Origin: Conexibacter sp.
Lineage (GTDB): Bacteria > Actinomycetota > Thermoleophilia > Solirubrobacterales > Solirubrobacteraceae
Direction of reading: 5' to 3'
Length of the DNA: 64,000 bases
Assembly (NCBI GenBank): GCA_035637995.1
Contig: DASRAV010000057.1
Span: forward strand, 102-64,101
Part shown: positions 36,988-45,762 of the stretch, one piece after another
How the letters are laid out: each line of letters starts with the position of its first letter
How positions within the stretch are numbered: the first letter of the stretch is position 1
Notes under the pieces: generated by a model
What the model was told of the DNA's origin: nothing
What the model saw: the letters and a program-made list of their open reading frames with translations, nothing else
Databases searched by the model: none
Position numbers and translations under genes: made by a program

Positions 36988-37917
36988 CTAGACCAAGCCG
37001 TTCGCCTTCAGGAACTTCTGCGCCACGTCGGCGGGCGACTGCTTGTCGATCGCCACGGCTGCGTTCATCTGCTGCATCGCCGGCGTCGTGAGCTTCGCAC
37101 TCACGGCGTTCAGCGTCTGCTGGAACGCCGCGCCCTCGGCCGCGAGCACTTTCGCGCTCACCACGGGCGTGACGTTCTGGAAGCCGAAGACGTTCTTCGG
37201 GTCCTTCAGCACGACGTACTTGCCGCCCTGCAGCTGACCGTCGGTCGTGAAGACGTCGGCGGTGTCGATCTTGCCGTCGTCGAGCGCCTGGTACTGGAGC
37301 CCGATCGTCAGCGGCGAGAACTTCACGTCCTTGATCCCGTAGACGCGCGCGAGGCCGACGAGCCCCGTCTCGCGCTGGCGAAACTCCGGCGGGGCGCCGA
37401 GGCGCAATCCCTTGATCGCCGCGAGATCCGCAACGCTCGCGAGGTTGTGCTTCTGTGCGTATGCGGGCAGGACCGCAAGCGCGTCGACGTCCGTGAACGG
37501 CGTGAGCGGCAGCAGCGTGAAGCCGTGCTTGGTCGCATACGACTTGCCCGCCGCGAACGCGTCCTGCACGGTCGCATATGCCTTGTTGTCGCCCGCCACG
37601 GCGGTATTGAAGATCCCGATGTACTCGGGGTAGAGGTCGATCTGGCCGCTGCGCAGCGCCTTGTCGGCGATCTCGGTGGAGCCGATGTTCTGCTTCAGCG
37701 CCACGGTGAAGCCCTTCGCCTCCAGCGCCTGCTTGTAGAGCTGGCCGAGCACGAACTGCTCGGTGAAGTTCTTCGTCCCGAGTGTGACGGCCGGCTTGCC
37801 CTTGCCGGGCGTGCCGGAAGTCGTGCTGGAACCGGACGTGTCGTTGCTGTCACTCGATCCGCACGCTGCGAGTCCAAGCGCGAGCGTGACGAGGATTGCG
37901 AGGATTCCTTGCTTCAT
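36988..37917 (-). CDS. Glycine betaine/choline-type ABC transporter substrate-binding lipoprotein
   Basis: ATG 37917 (MKQGILAILVTLALGLAACGSS lipobox). OpuBC/OsmF-like body (LGTKNFTEQFVLGQLY, DLYPEYIG). Confidence 0.88.
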   Translation of the reverse strand: MKQGILAILVTLALGLAACGSSDSNDTSGSSTTSGTPGKGKPAVTLGTKNFTEQFVLGQLYKQALEAKGFTVALKQNIGSTEIADKALRSGQIDLYPEYIGIFNTAVAGDNKAYATVQDAFAAGKSYATKHGFTLLPLTPFTDVDALAVLPAYAQKHNLASVADLAAIKGLRLGAPPEFRQRETGLVGLARVYGIKDVKFSPLTIGLQYQALDDGKIDTADVFTTDGQLQGGKYVVLKDPKNVFGFQNVTPVVSAKVLAAEGAAFQQTLNAVSAKLTTPAMQQMNAAVAIDKQSPADVAQKFLKANGLV

Positions 37918-38603
37918 ACGGCCTTGGTCCTTTCCTCTTCGACGTACCCCCAAGCACGGTCGATCCGCAGTCCGCGCGGCGTGACCGCACGCTGCACGCC
38001 GGCGAAGACGAGCTCCGCCGCGAGCGCGAGCAGGGCGACGCAGATCGCTGCCCCGAGCACTCCGGGCAGGCGGTACGTCGCCTGGTCGACGATGATGTCG
38101 CCGAGTCCGTGGCCGCCGGCGATCGAGGCCAGCGTCGCGGTAGCGATCACGTAGACGACGGCCGTGCGGATCCCGGCGAAGATGAGCGGCAGCGCGAGCG
38201 GCAGCTCGACGCGCCACAGCACCTCGGTCGGCGTCATGCCCATCCCGTTCGCGGCGTCGACCAGGTCGCGGTCGACGCCCTCGACGGCGACGTAGGCGTT
38301 CGTGAGCACGATCGGGAACGCGAGCACGACGAGCGCGACCATCACGTTGAGGAAGCCGATCCCGAGCACGGCGACGCCGATCGAGATCAGCGCGAGGCTC
38401 GGCAGCGCGCGGCCGATGTTCGAGGCGTTGATCGCGACGAACGAGCCACGGCGGATGTGCCCGAGCCAGACGCCGAGCGGCAGCGCGAGCGCCAGCGCGA
38501 CGCCGACGGCGGCGCCGCTGAGCGCGAGGTGGTCGAGCGTCAGGCGTCCGAGCAGCGACAGATGCTCGCCGATGAAGCGGAAGGCGTCGGTGAAGTCGCT
38601 CAT
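37914..38603 (-). CDS. ABC transporter permease (osmoprotectant type)
   Basis: ATG 38603. BPD_transp_1 EAA-like region DAANGMGMTPTEVLWRVELPLALPLI. Start/stop overlaps with its neighbours. Confidence 0.9.
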   Translation of the reverse strand: MSDFTDAFRFIGEHLSLLGRLTLDHLALSGAAVGVALALALPLGVWLGHIRRGSFVAINASNIGRALPSLALISIGVAVLGIGFLNVMVALVVLAFPIVLTNAYVAVEGVDRDLVDAANGMGMTPTEVLWRVELPLALPLIFAGIRTAVVYVIATATLASIAGGHGLGDIIVDQATYRLPGVLGAAICVALLALAAELVFAGVQRAVTPRGLRIDRAWGYVEEERTKAV

Positions 38604-39310
38604 GCGCTCACGCCCTTCCGCGTCCATGGCGTGAGCGCGCGCTGGAGCAGGACGAGCAGCCCGTCGGCGGCGAGCGCGAGCGCGACCGCGAGCGCTCCGG
38701 CGGCGATCATCTCCGTGTTGAAGGTCAGCTGGAGCCCCTCGAGGATCGGCACGCCGAGTCCCTCGTTGACGACGAACGCCGCCACCGTCGCAAGGCTGAT
38801 CACGGTGACGGTCGCGATCCGCAGCCCGGCGACGATCGCCGGCAGCGCGAGCGGCAACTCGACGCGCCACAACAGCTGACGCGCGGTGAGGCCCATCCCG
38901 TTCGCCGCGTCGCGCACCTCCGCCGGCACGCCGGCGAGCCCGGTCAGCACGTTGCGGAAGAGGATCAGCAGCGTGTAGGAGACGAGCGCGATCTCGGCGG
39001 TCACGCGCGAGAGCCCGGTGAGCGGCACGAGCAGCTGGAACAGCGCGAGGCTCGGGATCGTGTAGAGCAGGCCGGTCGCGAGCACGACCGGCGTCGCCAG
39101 CCAGCCGCGGCGGTGCGCCGCAAGCGCCAGCATGAACGCGATCGCGAAGCCGACGCCGAGCGCGATCCCCGTCAGCAGCAGATGCTGGAGCAGCGCCGGC
39201 CCGAGCTTGTCGTGCCAGTGCTTGCCGACCCAGTCGAGGCAGAACGTGCCGTTCTCGCGCTCGCACGTGCTGCCGCGGCCGAAGTCGGGGATGACGGGCG
39301 CCTGGCTCAT
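38600..39310 (-). CDS. ABC transporter permease (osmoprotectant type), second subunit
   Basis: DAANGMGLTARQLLWRVELPLALPAIV. 236 aa. Confidence 0.9.
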   Translation of the reverse strand: MSQAPVIPDFGRGSTCERENGTFCLDWVGKHWHDKLGPALLQHLLLTGIALGVGFAIAFMLALAAHRRGWLATPVVLATGLLYTIPSLALFQLLVPLTGLSRVTAEIALVSYTLLILFRNVLTGLAGVPAEVRDAANGMGLTARQLLWRVELPLALPAIVAGLRIATVTVISLATVAAFVVNEGLGVPILEGLQLTFNTEMIAAGALAVALALAADGLLVLLQRALTPWTRKGVSA

Positions 39311-40311
39311 CGACGTCGCAACGCCTGGCTGATGAGCTCCAGCGAGAGCAGTCCCGCGACGCCGCCGTTGCCGTCGCTGACGGCGAGCGGACGGCTGCCG
39401 TCGGAGAGCAGCAGCGAGAGCGCGTCCCGCAGCGAGGTGTCGAGACCGACGCTCGCAGCGATGGTCGCGCCGGCGACCGGCAGGAGCTCGACGTCGCCCA
39501 CGCGCGTGAGCGCGAGGCGCTTGAGGCCGCGGTCGGCGCCGACGAACTCCGCGACGAAGTCGTCGGCGGGGGCGGCGAGCAGCTCGTCGGGCGTCGCGTA
39601 CTGCGCCAGCACGCCGCCGTCGCGCAGGATCGCGATGCGGTCGCCGAGCTTGATCGCCTCGTCGATGTCGTGCGTGACGAAGACGATCGTCTTGCGCACG
39701 CGCCGCTGGAGGCGCAGCAGCTCGTCCTGCAACCGTGCGCGGGTGATCGGATCGACCGCGCCGAACGGCTCGTCCATCAGCATCAGCGGGGGATCGGCGG
39801 CGAGCGCGCGGGCGACGCCGACGCGCTGGCGCTGGCCGCCGGAGAGCTGCGCCGGGTAGCGATCGGCGACCTCGGGCGGCAGCGAGACGAGCTGCAGCAG
39901 CTCCGAGACGCGGCGGTCGATGCGACCGCGATCCCAGCCCAGCAGCCGCGGCACGGTCGCGACGTTCTGCGCGATCGTGTGGTGCGGGAACAGCCCGACC
40001 TGCTGGATCGCATAGCCGATCTCACGTCGCAGTTCCGACCCCTTGCGCTTCAGCACGCTCTGACCGTCGAGCAGGATGTCGCCCGACGTGAGGTCGATCA
40101 TGCGGTTCACGAGCCGCATCGCGGTCGTCTTGCCGCAGCCCGAAGGACCGACGAGGACGCAGATCTCGCCCGCCGGGACGGTCAGCGAAAGGTCCTCGAT
40201 CGCGGGCCTGGTCGCGCCCGGATACTGCTTGCGGACGTTGCGCAGCTCGAGCGGCGCGGCCTGGGGGTAGGCGCCCGGCCCCTCGGTCTGGGCGATGTGC
40301 TCGCTGGTCAC
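39307..40311 (-). CDS. ABC transporter ATP-binding protein with C-terminal CBS pair (OpuCA/ProV-like)
   Basis: Walker A GPSGCGKTT, signature LSGGQRQRV, Walker B LMDEP. GTG 40311 follows GGGAG. The maximal ORF to 40374 would overlap gatD by 29 nt. Confidence 0.9.
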   Translation of the reverse strand: MTSEHIAQTEGPGAYPQAAPLELRNVRKQYPGATRPAIEDLSLTVPAGEICVLVGPSGCGKTTAMRLVNRMIDLTSGDILLDGQSVLKRKGSELRREIGYAIQQVGLFPHHTIAQNVATVPRLLGWDRGRIDRRVSELLQLVSLPPEVADRYPAQLSGGQRQRVGVARALAADPPLMLMDEPFGAVDPITRARLQDELLRLQRRVRKTIVFVTHDIDEAIKLGDRIAILRDGGVLAQYATPDELLAAPADDFVAEFVGADRGLKRLALTRVGDVELLPVAGATIAASVGLDTSLRDALSLLLSDGSRPLAVSDGNGGVAGLLSLELISQALRRR

Positions 40312-40345
40312 GGCAGGCGACTCCCGGCAGGGGAAGGAGTCGATC

Positions 40346-41098
40346 CTAGTCTGCACCTCGACGCCGCGCGCCAAACGCGGCGCGGCGCGCCTCCGCGTGC
40401 GCTGCCGCCTCGAACGTGTCGTCGAGCGGCTCGAGCGGCCGCTCGCGACCCAGCGCGCGCGCGATCAGCCAGTCTGCGAGCCACGCGTTCTTCGGCAGCA
40501 GCGGGCCGTGCATGTAGGTGCCGATCACGTTGCCGGCGCGGACGCCTTCGAAGCCGTCGGCTCCGTTGTTCCCGTGGCCCCGCAGCACGCGACCGAGCGG
40601 CTGCGCGCCGGGTCCGAGCTGGGTGCGCCCGCCGTGGTTCTCGAAGCCCGCGAGCTCCTGCGGCCCGTCCCCGAGGTCGACTTCGATCGCGACGTTGCCG
40701 ATCAGCCGCGGTCCGTCGCCGCGGACGGTGCGCAGGTCCACGAGGCCGGCTCCCGGGAGCGTCTCCGCGCCGAGCTCGTAGGAGTGCCCGAGCAGCTGAT
40801 AGCCGCCGCAGACGGCGAGCAGCGCGGCGCCGCGGGCGGCCGCGGCGTGCAGCCCCTCGCGCTTGACTTCGGCGAGGTCGAGCGCGCACAGGCGCTGGTC
40901 GCGGTCCTGGCCGCCGCCGATGTAGAAGAGGTCGGCGGCGTCTGGATCGAGCGGCTTCTCGAGCGCGGCGGCGTGGAGCGCGAAGCCGATCCCGCGCCAC
41001 TCGCAGCGGCGTCGCAGGAACAGCAGGTTGCCGCGATCGGCGTAGATGTTCATCAGCTCGGGGTAGAGCGCGCAGACGCGCAGCGTCGTCTCAGGCAC
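40346..41098 (-). CDS. gatD: Lipid II isoglutaminyl synthase, glutaminase subunit GatD (CobB/CobQ-type GATase)
   Basis: LYPELMNIYADRGN, nucleophile LAVCGGYQLLG, and GTYMHGPLLPKN. Confidence 0.88.
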   Translation of the reverse strand: MPETTLRVCALYPELMNIYADRGNLLFLRRRCEWRGIGFALHAAALEKPLDPDAADLFYIGGGQDRDQRLCALDLAEVKREGLHAAAARGAALLAVCGGYQLLGHSYELGAETLPGAGLVDLRTVRGDGPRLIGNVAIEVDLGDGPQELAGFENHGGRTQLGPGAQPLGRVLRGHGNNGADGFEGVRAGNVIGTYMHGPLLPKNAWLADWLIARALGRERPLEPLDDTFEAAAHAEARRAAFGARRRGAD

Positions 41099-41825
41099 GG
41101 AGCAACACGATCTCGCTGCCGACGTGCTCGTCGGTCATCTCGACGAAGCGTCTGCCGACCGCCTGGAAGCCGGCCGCGACGCCCTCGGCCTCGAACGCGT
41201 CGCCGTCGAGGCGATCGAGCCGCACGGAGTCGCCCTCCGCGGTGCGCGCGCCGTCGGGCGCGACCGTCTGGCGGATCCGCTCGATCACGGTCCCGTCGGA
41301 CTCGAGTCGCACGGCGACCGGCTGGCTCGCGTACACCCAGCCGTCACGCTCGAGCACGTCCGGCAGCGGCGGCTCGGTGTGCGCGGCGTCGAACCCCTCC
41401 ATCGCGTCGGCGAGCGCGCACGCGAGCAGGCCGCCGGCCGTCAGGTGCGCCGCGGCGCGCGCAAGGAACGCCGCGCGGCCGGCCGCTCCACCGAGCAGTT
41501 GGATCGTCTGCATCGGCGCCAGCACGCACGCGAAGCGGCGGCCGAGGTCGAAGCTGCGCGCATCGCCGCAGGCGGTCTCGAGCGGGAGCTCGGCCGCGCG
41601 CTCCTCGAGCGCGGCGAGCAGCGCCGGATCGAGGTCGAGCGCCACGACCGCGTGGCCGGCGCGGGCGAGATCGAGCGCCACGCGTCCGGTGCCGCTGCCG
41701 ACGTCGAGCAGCGGACCGCCGGTCTCGGCGGCGAGCTCGCGCCACAGCGGCAGGTCGGCGTCGTAGCCGCCGCACTCGAGGTCGTGCCAGAGGACGGTGA
41801 GATCGTGGGTCCGCAGGTCGCTCAT
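41091..41825 (-). CDS. Class I SAM-dependent methyltransferase
   Basis: ATG 41825. Motif I LLDVGSGTGRVALDLA and motif II-like VVALDLD. Overlaps the murT stop by 4 nt and the gatD start by 8 nt. Confidence 0.85.
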   Translation of the reverse strand: MSDLRTHDLTVLWHDLECGGYDADLPLWRELAAETGGPLLDVGSGTGRVALDLARAGHAVVALDLDPALLAALEERAAELPLETACGDARSFDLGRRFACVLAPMQTIQLLGGAAGRAAFLARAAAHLTAGGLLACALADAMEGFDAAHTEPPLPDVLERDGWVYASQPVAVRLESDGTVIERIRQTVAPDGARTAEGDSVRLDRLDGDAFEAEGVAAGFQAVGRRFVEMTDEHVGSEIVLLRA

Positions 41826-43213
41826 CGCCAGTACTCCGGCGCCACCCCGCGGCGCGCGAGCAGGTCGCGCAGCTCGAGCAGGGCGGTGTACGTCGGCAGC
41901 GCGTAGAGCGGACCGTCGCCGTCGGCACGGGCTGCGTCGAGCGCGGCCGACAGCTCCGGCACGACCGCGATCCGCGCCGGCTCGATCCCCGCGTACTTGA
42001 GCCGCAGCGCCAGCTCCGCAGCGCGCGTGCCCGCGCACGTGACGCGGCGCGCGCGACCTGCGAGCAGCTCGAAGTCGGCGTCCCACACCCACGAGACGTC
42101 GCGCCCGTCGGCGGTGTTGTCGTTGAGCACCGCGAGCACGTCGATGCCGTCCCCGCCCGCCCCGTTCTCGAGCGCGAGCGTGCGCAGCACCTCGTTCGCG
42201 CCGGCGGGGTTCTTGACGAGCAGGATCGAGAGCGCGCGGCCCTCGAGCTCGATCGTCTCGGCGCGCCCGAACGCGGCGGCGACGCTGCGCAGGCCCGCGA
42301 CGACGTCGTCGAGGTCGACGTCGAGCGCGTGGCAGAGCGCCGCGGCGCCGAGCGCGTTGTAGACGTTGTAGAGCCCCGGAAGGGGGAGTGCGACGTCGAC
42401 CGCGCGAGCGCCGACGCGCAGTGCGACGTCCGCTGAGCGCGTGCCGTGCAGCGTCACACGCTCGGCGACCACGTCGGCGGCGGGACGCTCACGGCCGCAG
42501 TGCGGGCAGCGGTAGCGGCCGAGATGGCCGAGGTAGACCGCCTCGTACACGTACGCGTGGCCGCAGTTGCGGCAGTGCTTCGAGTCGGCGGCGTGCTGCA
42601 TCTGCGCCAGCGCCATCGTGTCGTCACCGACGCCGAAGTACGTGACGTTGCGGCGCTTGCGCCCGAGGTCGGCGACGAGCGGGTCGTCCGCGTTGAGGAC
42701 GAGCCGCACGTCGGGGTCGAGGCCGCCCACGACCTCCGCCCAGCGATCGGCGATCGTCTCCAGCTCGCCGTAGCGGTCGAGCTGGTCGCGGAAGAGGTTC
42801 CCCAGCAGGATCGCCCGCGGCCGGAGCTCGGCGACGAGTTGGGGGAGCCACAGCTCGTCGACCTCGAACAGGCCGAGGTCGCCGTCGATCCCGTCACGCC
42901 GGGCGGCGTCGAGCAACGTCGAGGCGATGCCGCCGGCCATGTTCGCCCCGGCACGGTTGTGCACGAGCCGCGTCCCGCGCCGCTCGAGCACGGCGGCGAT
43001 CATCGCAGCGGTCGTCGTCTTGCCGTTCGTCGCCGAGAGCACGACCGAGCCCTGCGGCAGGCGGCGCGCGAGCTTCCCGATCGCGTGCGGGTCCAGGCGT
43101 GTCAGCACCTTCCCGGGCAGGCTGGTGCCGCCGCCGCGGCCGGCGGCGCGTGAGACACCGCCGGCCACGCGGGCAACCATGACCTTCGATCCGAGTGCGC
43201 GACCGGCCATCAC
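41822..43213 (-). CDS. murT: Lipid II isoglutaminyl synthase, Mur-ligase-like subunit MurT
   Basis: ATP site SATNGKTTT. Cys4 ribbon CRNCGHAY...YRCPHCG. C-terminal DUF1727-type LNDNTADGRDVSWVWDADFE. Confidence 0.9.
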   Translation of the reverse strand: MMAGRALGSKVMVARVAGGVSRAAGRGGGTSLPGKVLTRLDPHAIGKLARRLPQGSVVLSATNGKTTTAAMIAAVLERRGTRLVHNRAGANMAGGIASTLLDAARRDGIDGDLGLFEVDELWLPQLVAELRPRAILLGNLFRDQLDRYGELETIADRWAEVVGGLDPDVRLVLNADDPLVADLGRKRRNVTYFGVGDDTMALAQMQHAADSKHCRNCGHAYVYEAVYLGHLGRYRCPHCGRERPAADVVAERVTLHGTRSADVALRVGARAVDVALPLPGLYNVYNALGAAALCHALDVDLDDVVAGLRSVAAAFGRAETIELEGRALSILLVKNPAGANEVLRTLALENGAGGDGIDVLAVLNDNTADGRDVSWVWDADFELLAGRARRVTCAGTRAAELALRLKYAGIEPARIAVVPELSAALDAARADGDGPLYALPTYTALLELRDLLARRGVAPEYWR

Positions 43214-44079
43214 GGCACGAGCACGCGCACCGCATTCGGCAGCGTGCGAACAATGGCGGGAAGGTCCGCGATCGGATCGCCGTCAGCGTAGAGCTGGAAG
43301 GGACGATCGGCCGAGATCTTTACCTCCCGCGCTCGCTGCACCGTCACCTCCGGATTCGCGACGTGCGTGCCCTTGAAGACCTTCGGCAGCTGCATGAGGA
43401 AGCGCCCCCTGCCGACGCCCGCGACCGCGATCACGTCGAAGCGGCCGTCGTCGAGCTGGGCGTCGGGGGCGATCATCATCCCGCCGCCGTAGTAGCGTCC
43501 GTTCGCGACCGCGACGTTGAAGCCGACATGCGCGTGGGGGACGCCGTCGAGCTCGAGCTCGAAGCCGACCGGCTTCCAGCTCGCGAGCGCACGCAGCGCG
43601 CCGTAGACGTAGGCCAGGTCGCCCGGGACGCGCGTCGCGTTCGCGATCCGGTTCGCGTCGGAGTCGAAGCCGCAGCTGGCGATACCCACGAATGCGGTGC
43701 CGCCGGCCTCGCCGAGGTCGATCGTGCGCTCACGTCCGCGCGCGATCAGCGCGACCGCCTCGGCCGGGTCGTGGGGGACCTCGAGCGCGCGGGCGAAGTC
43801 GTTGCCGCGCCCGCCGGGGATGAGCGCGAGCCGCCCATCGGTCCCGTGGAGCGCGCCCGCGACCGCGCCGACGACCCCGTCGCCGCCCATCGCCGCGGCC
43901 ACTTCGCCCTGCTGCGCGGCGGCGCGCGCCAGCTCGCGCGCATGGTCGAGCGAGCGCGTGCGCTCGACGTGGAAGCCGATGGCATGTGCGCGCAGCGCCT
44001 CCTCCACGCGCGGCAGGCGCTTCAATGCGCGGCCGCCGCCGGCGGTCGGGTTGACGATCAGGGCGACGTCACGGTCCAT
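43210..44079 (-). CDS. Diacylglycerol/lipid kinase (YegS/BmrU family)
   Basis: ATG 44079 (MDRDVALIVNPTAGGG). Also GGDGVVGAV and IPGGRGNDFAR. Confidence 0.88.
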   Translation of the reverse strand: MDRDVALIVNPTAGGGRALKRLPRVEEALRAHAIGFHVERTRSLDHARELARAAAQQGEVAAAMGGDGVVGAVAGALHGTDGRLALIPGGRGNDFARALEVPHDPAEAVALIARGRERTIDLGEAGGTAFVGIASCGFDSDANRIANATRVPGDLAYVYGALRALASWKPVGFELELDGVPHAHVGFNVAVANGRYYGGGMMIAPDAQLDDGRFDVIAVAGVGRGRFLMQLPKVFKGTHVANPEVTVQRAREVKISADRPFQLYADGDPIADLPAIVRTLPNAVRVLVP

Positions 44080-44153
44080 GCACCGGGGAACGCTACAGGT
44101 GGCCGGACCGGTTCCGGCGTCACGCGCGGCGCGCGTGAGTATGCTTCCGCGCC

Positions 44154-44876
44154 GTGCACCGCTCGCCGACCAGGATCGTTCCGCTGCTGCTCGCCGTCGC
44201 GTCGCTCGCGGCATTCGCCGGCTGCGGCAAGTCGGGCGGCTCATCGAGCACGGCGACGCCGGCGACCGCGGCCGCGACGACGGACACCACGACGACGCAG
44301 GCGAGCAACGGCTGTCAGACCGTCTCCGCTCCGCCGCCCAAGGGCGCCGGCCACCTGCCCAAGCCGAAGCTGAAGCTCGACCCGGGCAAGACGTGGACCG
44401 CGACCGTCGCGACGAGCTGCGGCACGTTCACGATCACGCTCGACGTCAAGCGCGCGCCGAAGACCTCCGCGTCGTTCGCCTCGCTCGCGAAGAAGGGCTT
44501 CTACGACCAGCTCACATTCCACCGGATCGTCCCCGGCTTCGTGATCCAGGGCGGCGACCCGCTCGGCACGGGCACCGGCGGCCCGGGCTACTCGGTCGTC
44601 GAGGCGCCGCCGAAGAACCTCCACTACACCCACGGCATCGTCGCGATGGCGAAGGCCGGCAACGAGCCCTCCGGCGCCTCTGGCAGCCAGTTCTTCGTCG
44701 TCACCGCGCCGACCGACGCCGGCCTCCCGCCGGAATACGCGCTGCTCGGCAAGGTCACGCAGGGCCTCGACGTCGTCGACACGATCGGCTCAGCCGACCT
44801 CGACCCCAGCAGCCCGGGCGACGGCCCGCCCGCCTCGCCGATCGTGATCGACTCGGTCAAGATCGCGGGTAGATAG
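44154..44876 (+). CDS. Cyclophilin-type peptidyl-prolyl cis-trans isomerase, lipoprotein
   Basis: Lipobox LAAFAGCG. Also FHRIVPGFVIQGGDP and SQFFVV. Confidence 0.93.
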   Translation: MHRSPTRIVPLLLAVASLAAFAGCGKSGGSSSTATPATAAATTDTTTTQASNGCQTVSAPPPKGAGHLPKPKLKLDPGKTWTATVATSCGTFTITLDVKRAPKTSASFASLAKKGFYDQLTFHRIVPGFVIQGGDPLGTGTGGPGYSVVEAPPKNLHYTHGIVAMAKAGNEPSGASGSQFFVVTAPTDAGLPPEYALLGKVTQGLDVVDTIGSADLDPSSPGDGPPASPIVIDSVKIAGR

Positions 44877-44881
44877 CCGCG

Positions 44882-44909
44882 AAGGGCGTCACTCGCGGGC
44901 GACGCCCTT
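44882..44909 (+). terminator. Putative intrinsic terminator after the PPIase gene
   Basis: AAGGGCGTC-(10 nt)-GACGCCCTT followed by TCGCTTCG. It marks the left edge of the low-GC island. Confidence 0.55.
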
Positions 44910-44920
44910 TCGCTTCGCGT

Positions 44921-45541
44921 CTAGGCTAGTCTGACGGTCACAGTTCTTGGGGCGGCGAGGTTGAGGCTGCCTCTGATTCTGATGAATGCCGCTCTTGGGC
45001 ACATTCCGACGACTGTCGTCACTTCTACTTCTTCGAGGGCGTTGATCGTGAACGTTCCGAGGACTCCAGCATTGATCGCTTGCGATCCTAGGACATGCGC
45101 ATGTATTTGGCATTTGGACATTCCGCCGCCTATGTTGGCCTGTATGCGCAGTTCTCTGAAGGCGATACTGAAGCCGGTTATTCTAGGTAGCGTTCCGGCA
45201 AAGCTTAGATAAAATATGAAGGAATTTATTTCTATGAATCTAGCTCTTTGTTCTGAGCATCTTTCCGTTCTTTCGCCTTCTTCTTGTCCTAGCACGGTCC
45301 ATTCGGAGTTACCGAAGAATTCTGCTCTCTTGGGAACCAGTCTGTTGTTGAGTGTGAAGCTCGCATGAACTTCACAGGTCACTCTTATCATGCCATCTTC
45401 TATTGTGAATCTTTCATCTAGTAGAGCGAATTCGCTGACGCTGAAATCGAGGTCTCTTTGCGCGAGGGCGCTGCTCGTGCTGATGGAGAGCAGGAGTGCC
45501 GCGGTGCAAGCCGCGAACGCGATCTTCTTCATGAGGCTCAT
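44921..45541 (-). CDS. Orphan secreted protein of unknown function encoded in a low-GC island
   Basis: Only coherent ORF in the AT-rich segment. Start at internal ATG 45541 or 45532 (MSLMKKIAFAACTAALLLSISTSSALA = Sec signal). 4 Cys in the mature part, A/T-ending codons, and no recognisable motif. Confidence 0.7.
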   Translation of the reverse strand: MSLMKKIAFAACTAALLLSISTSSALAQRDLDFSVSEFALLDERFTIEDGMIRVTCEVHASFTLNNRLVPKRAEFFGNSEWTVLGQEEGERTERCSEQRARFIEINSFIFYLSFAGTLPRITGFSIAFRELRIQANIGGGMSKCQIHAHVLGSQAINAGVLGTFTINALEEVEVTTVVGMCPRAAFIRIRGSLNLAAPRTVTVRLA

Positions 45542-45762
45542 TGCCCAGTCCCTTGTTGAGGATGGGGAGCAGTGGAAGAAATCCGTGACCTCCTGAACGT
45601 CGTGGTGGCGCTCCGCGAGCGCGTACCGGGAAGCGTGCACCGGCGAACATGGTCGCTCCCCAGTGTGAAATGCGCGCCGCTGAGACGTCCCCCGACGCTA
45701 CGCGAGCGTAACAGCCGATACTTTACGCAGCGACAAACGGCGCGTCAAGCTTGGAAATCCCC

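Noticed and set aside
45542-45640. N-terminal extension of the island ORF (MHASRYALAERHH...)
   Set aside because: A clean Sec signal peptide begins at the internal MSLMKK/MKK. The extension lies in the GC-rich flank and would bury the signal peptide.
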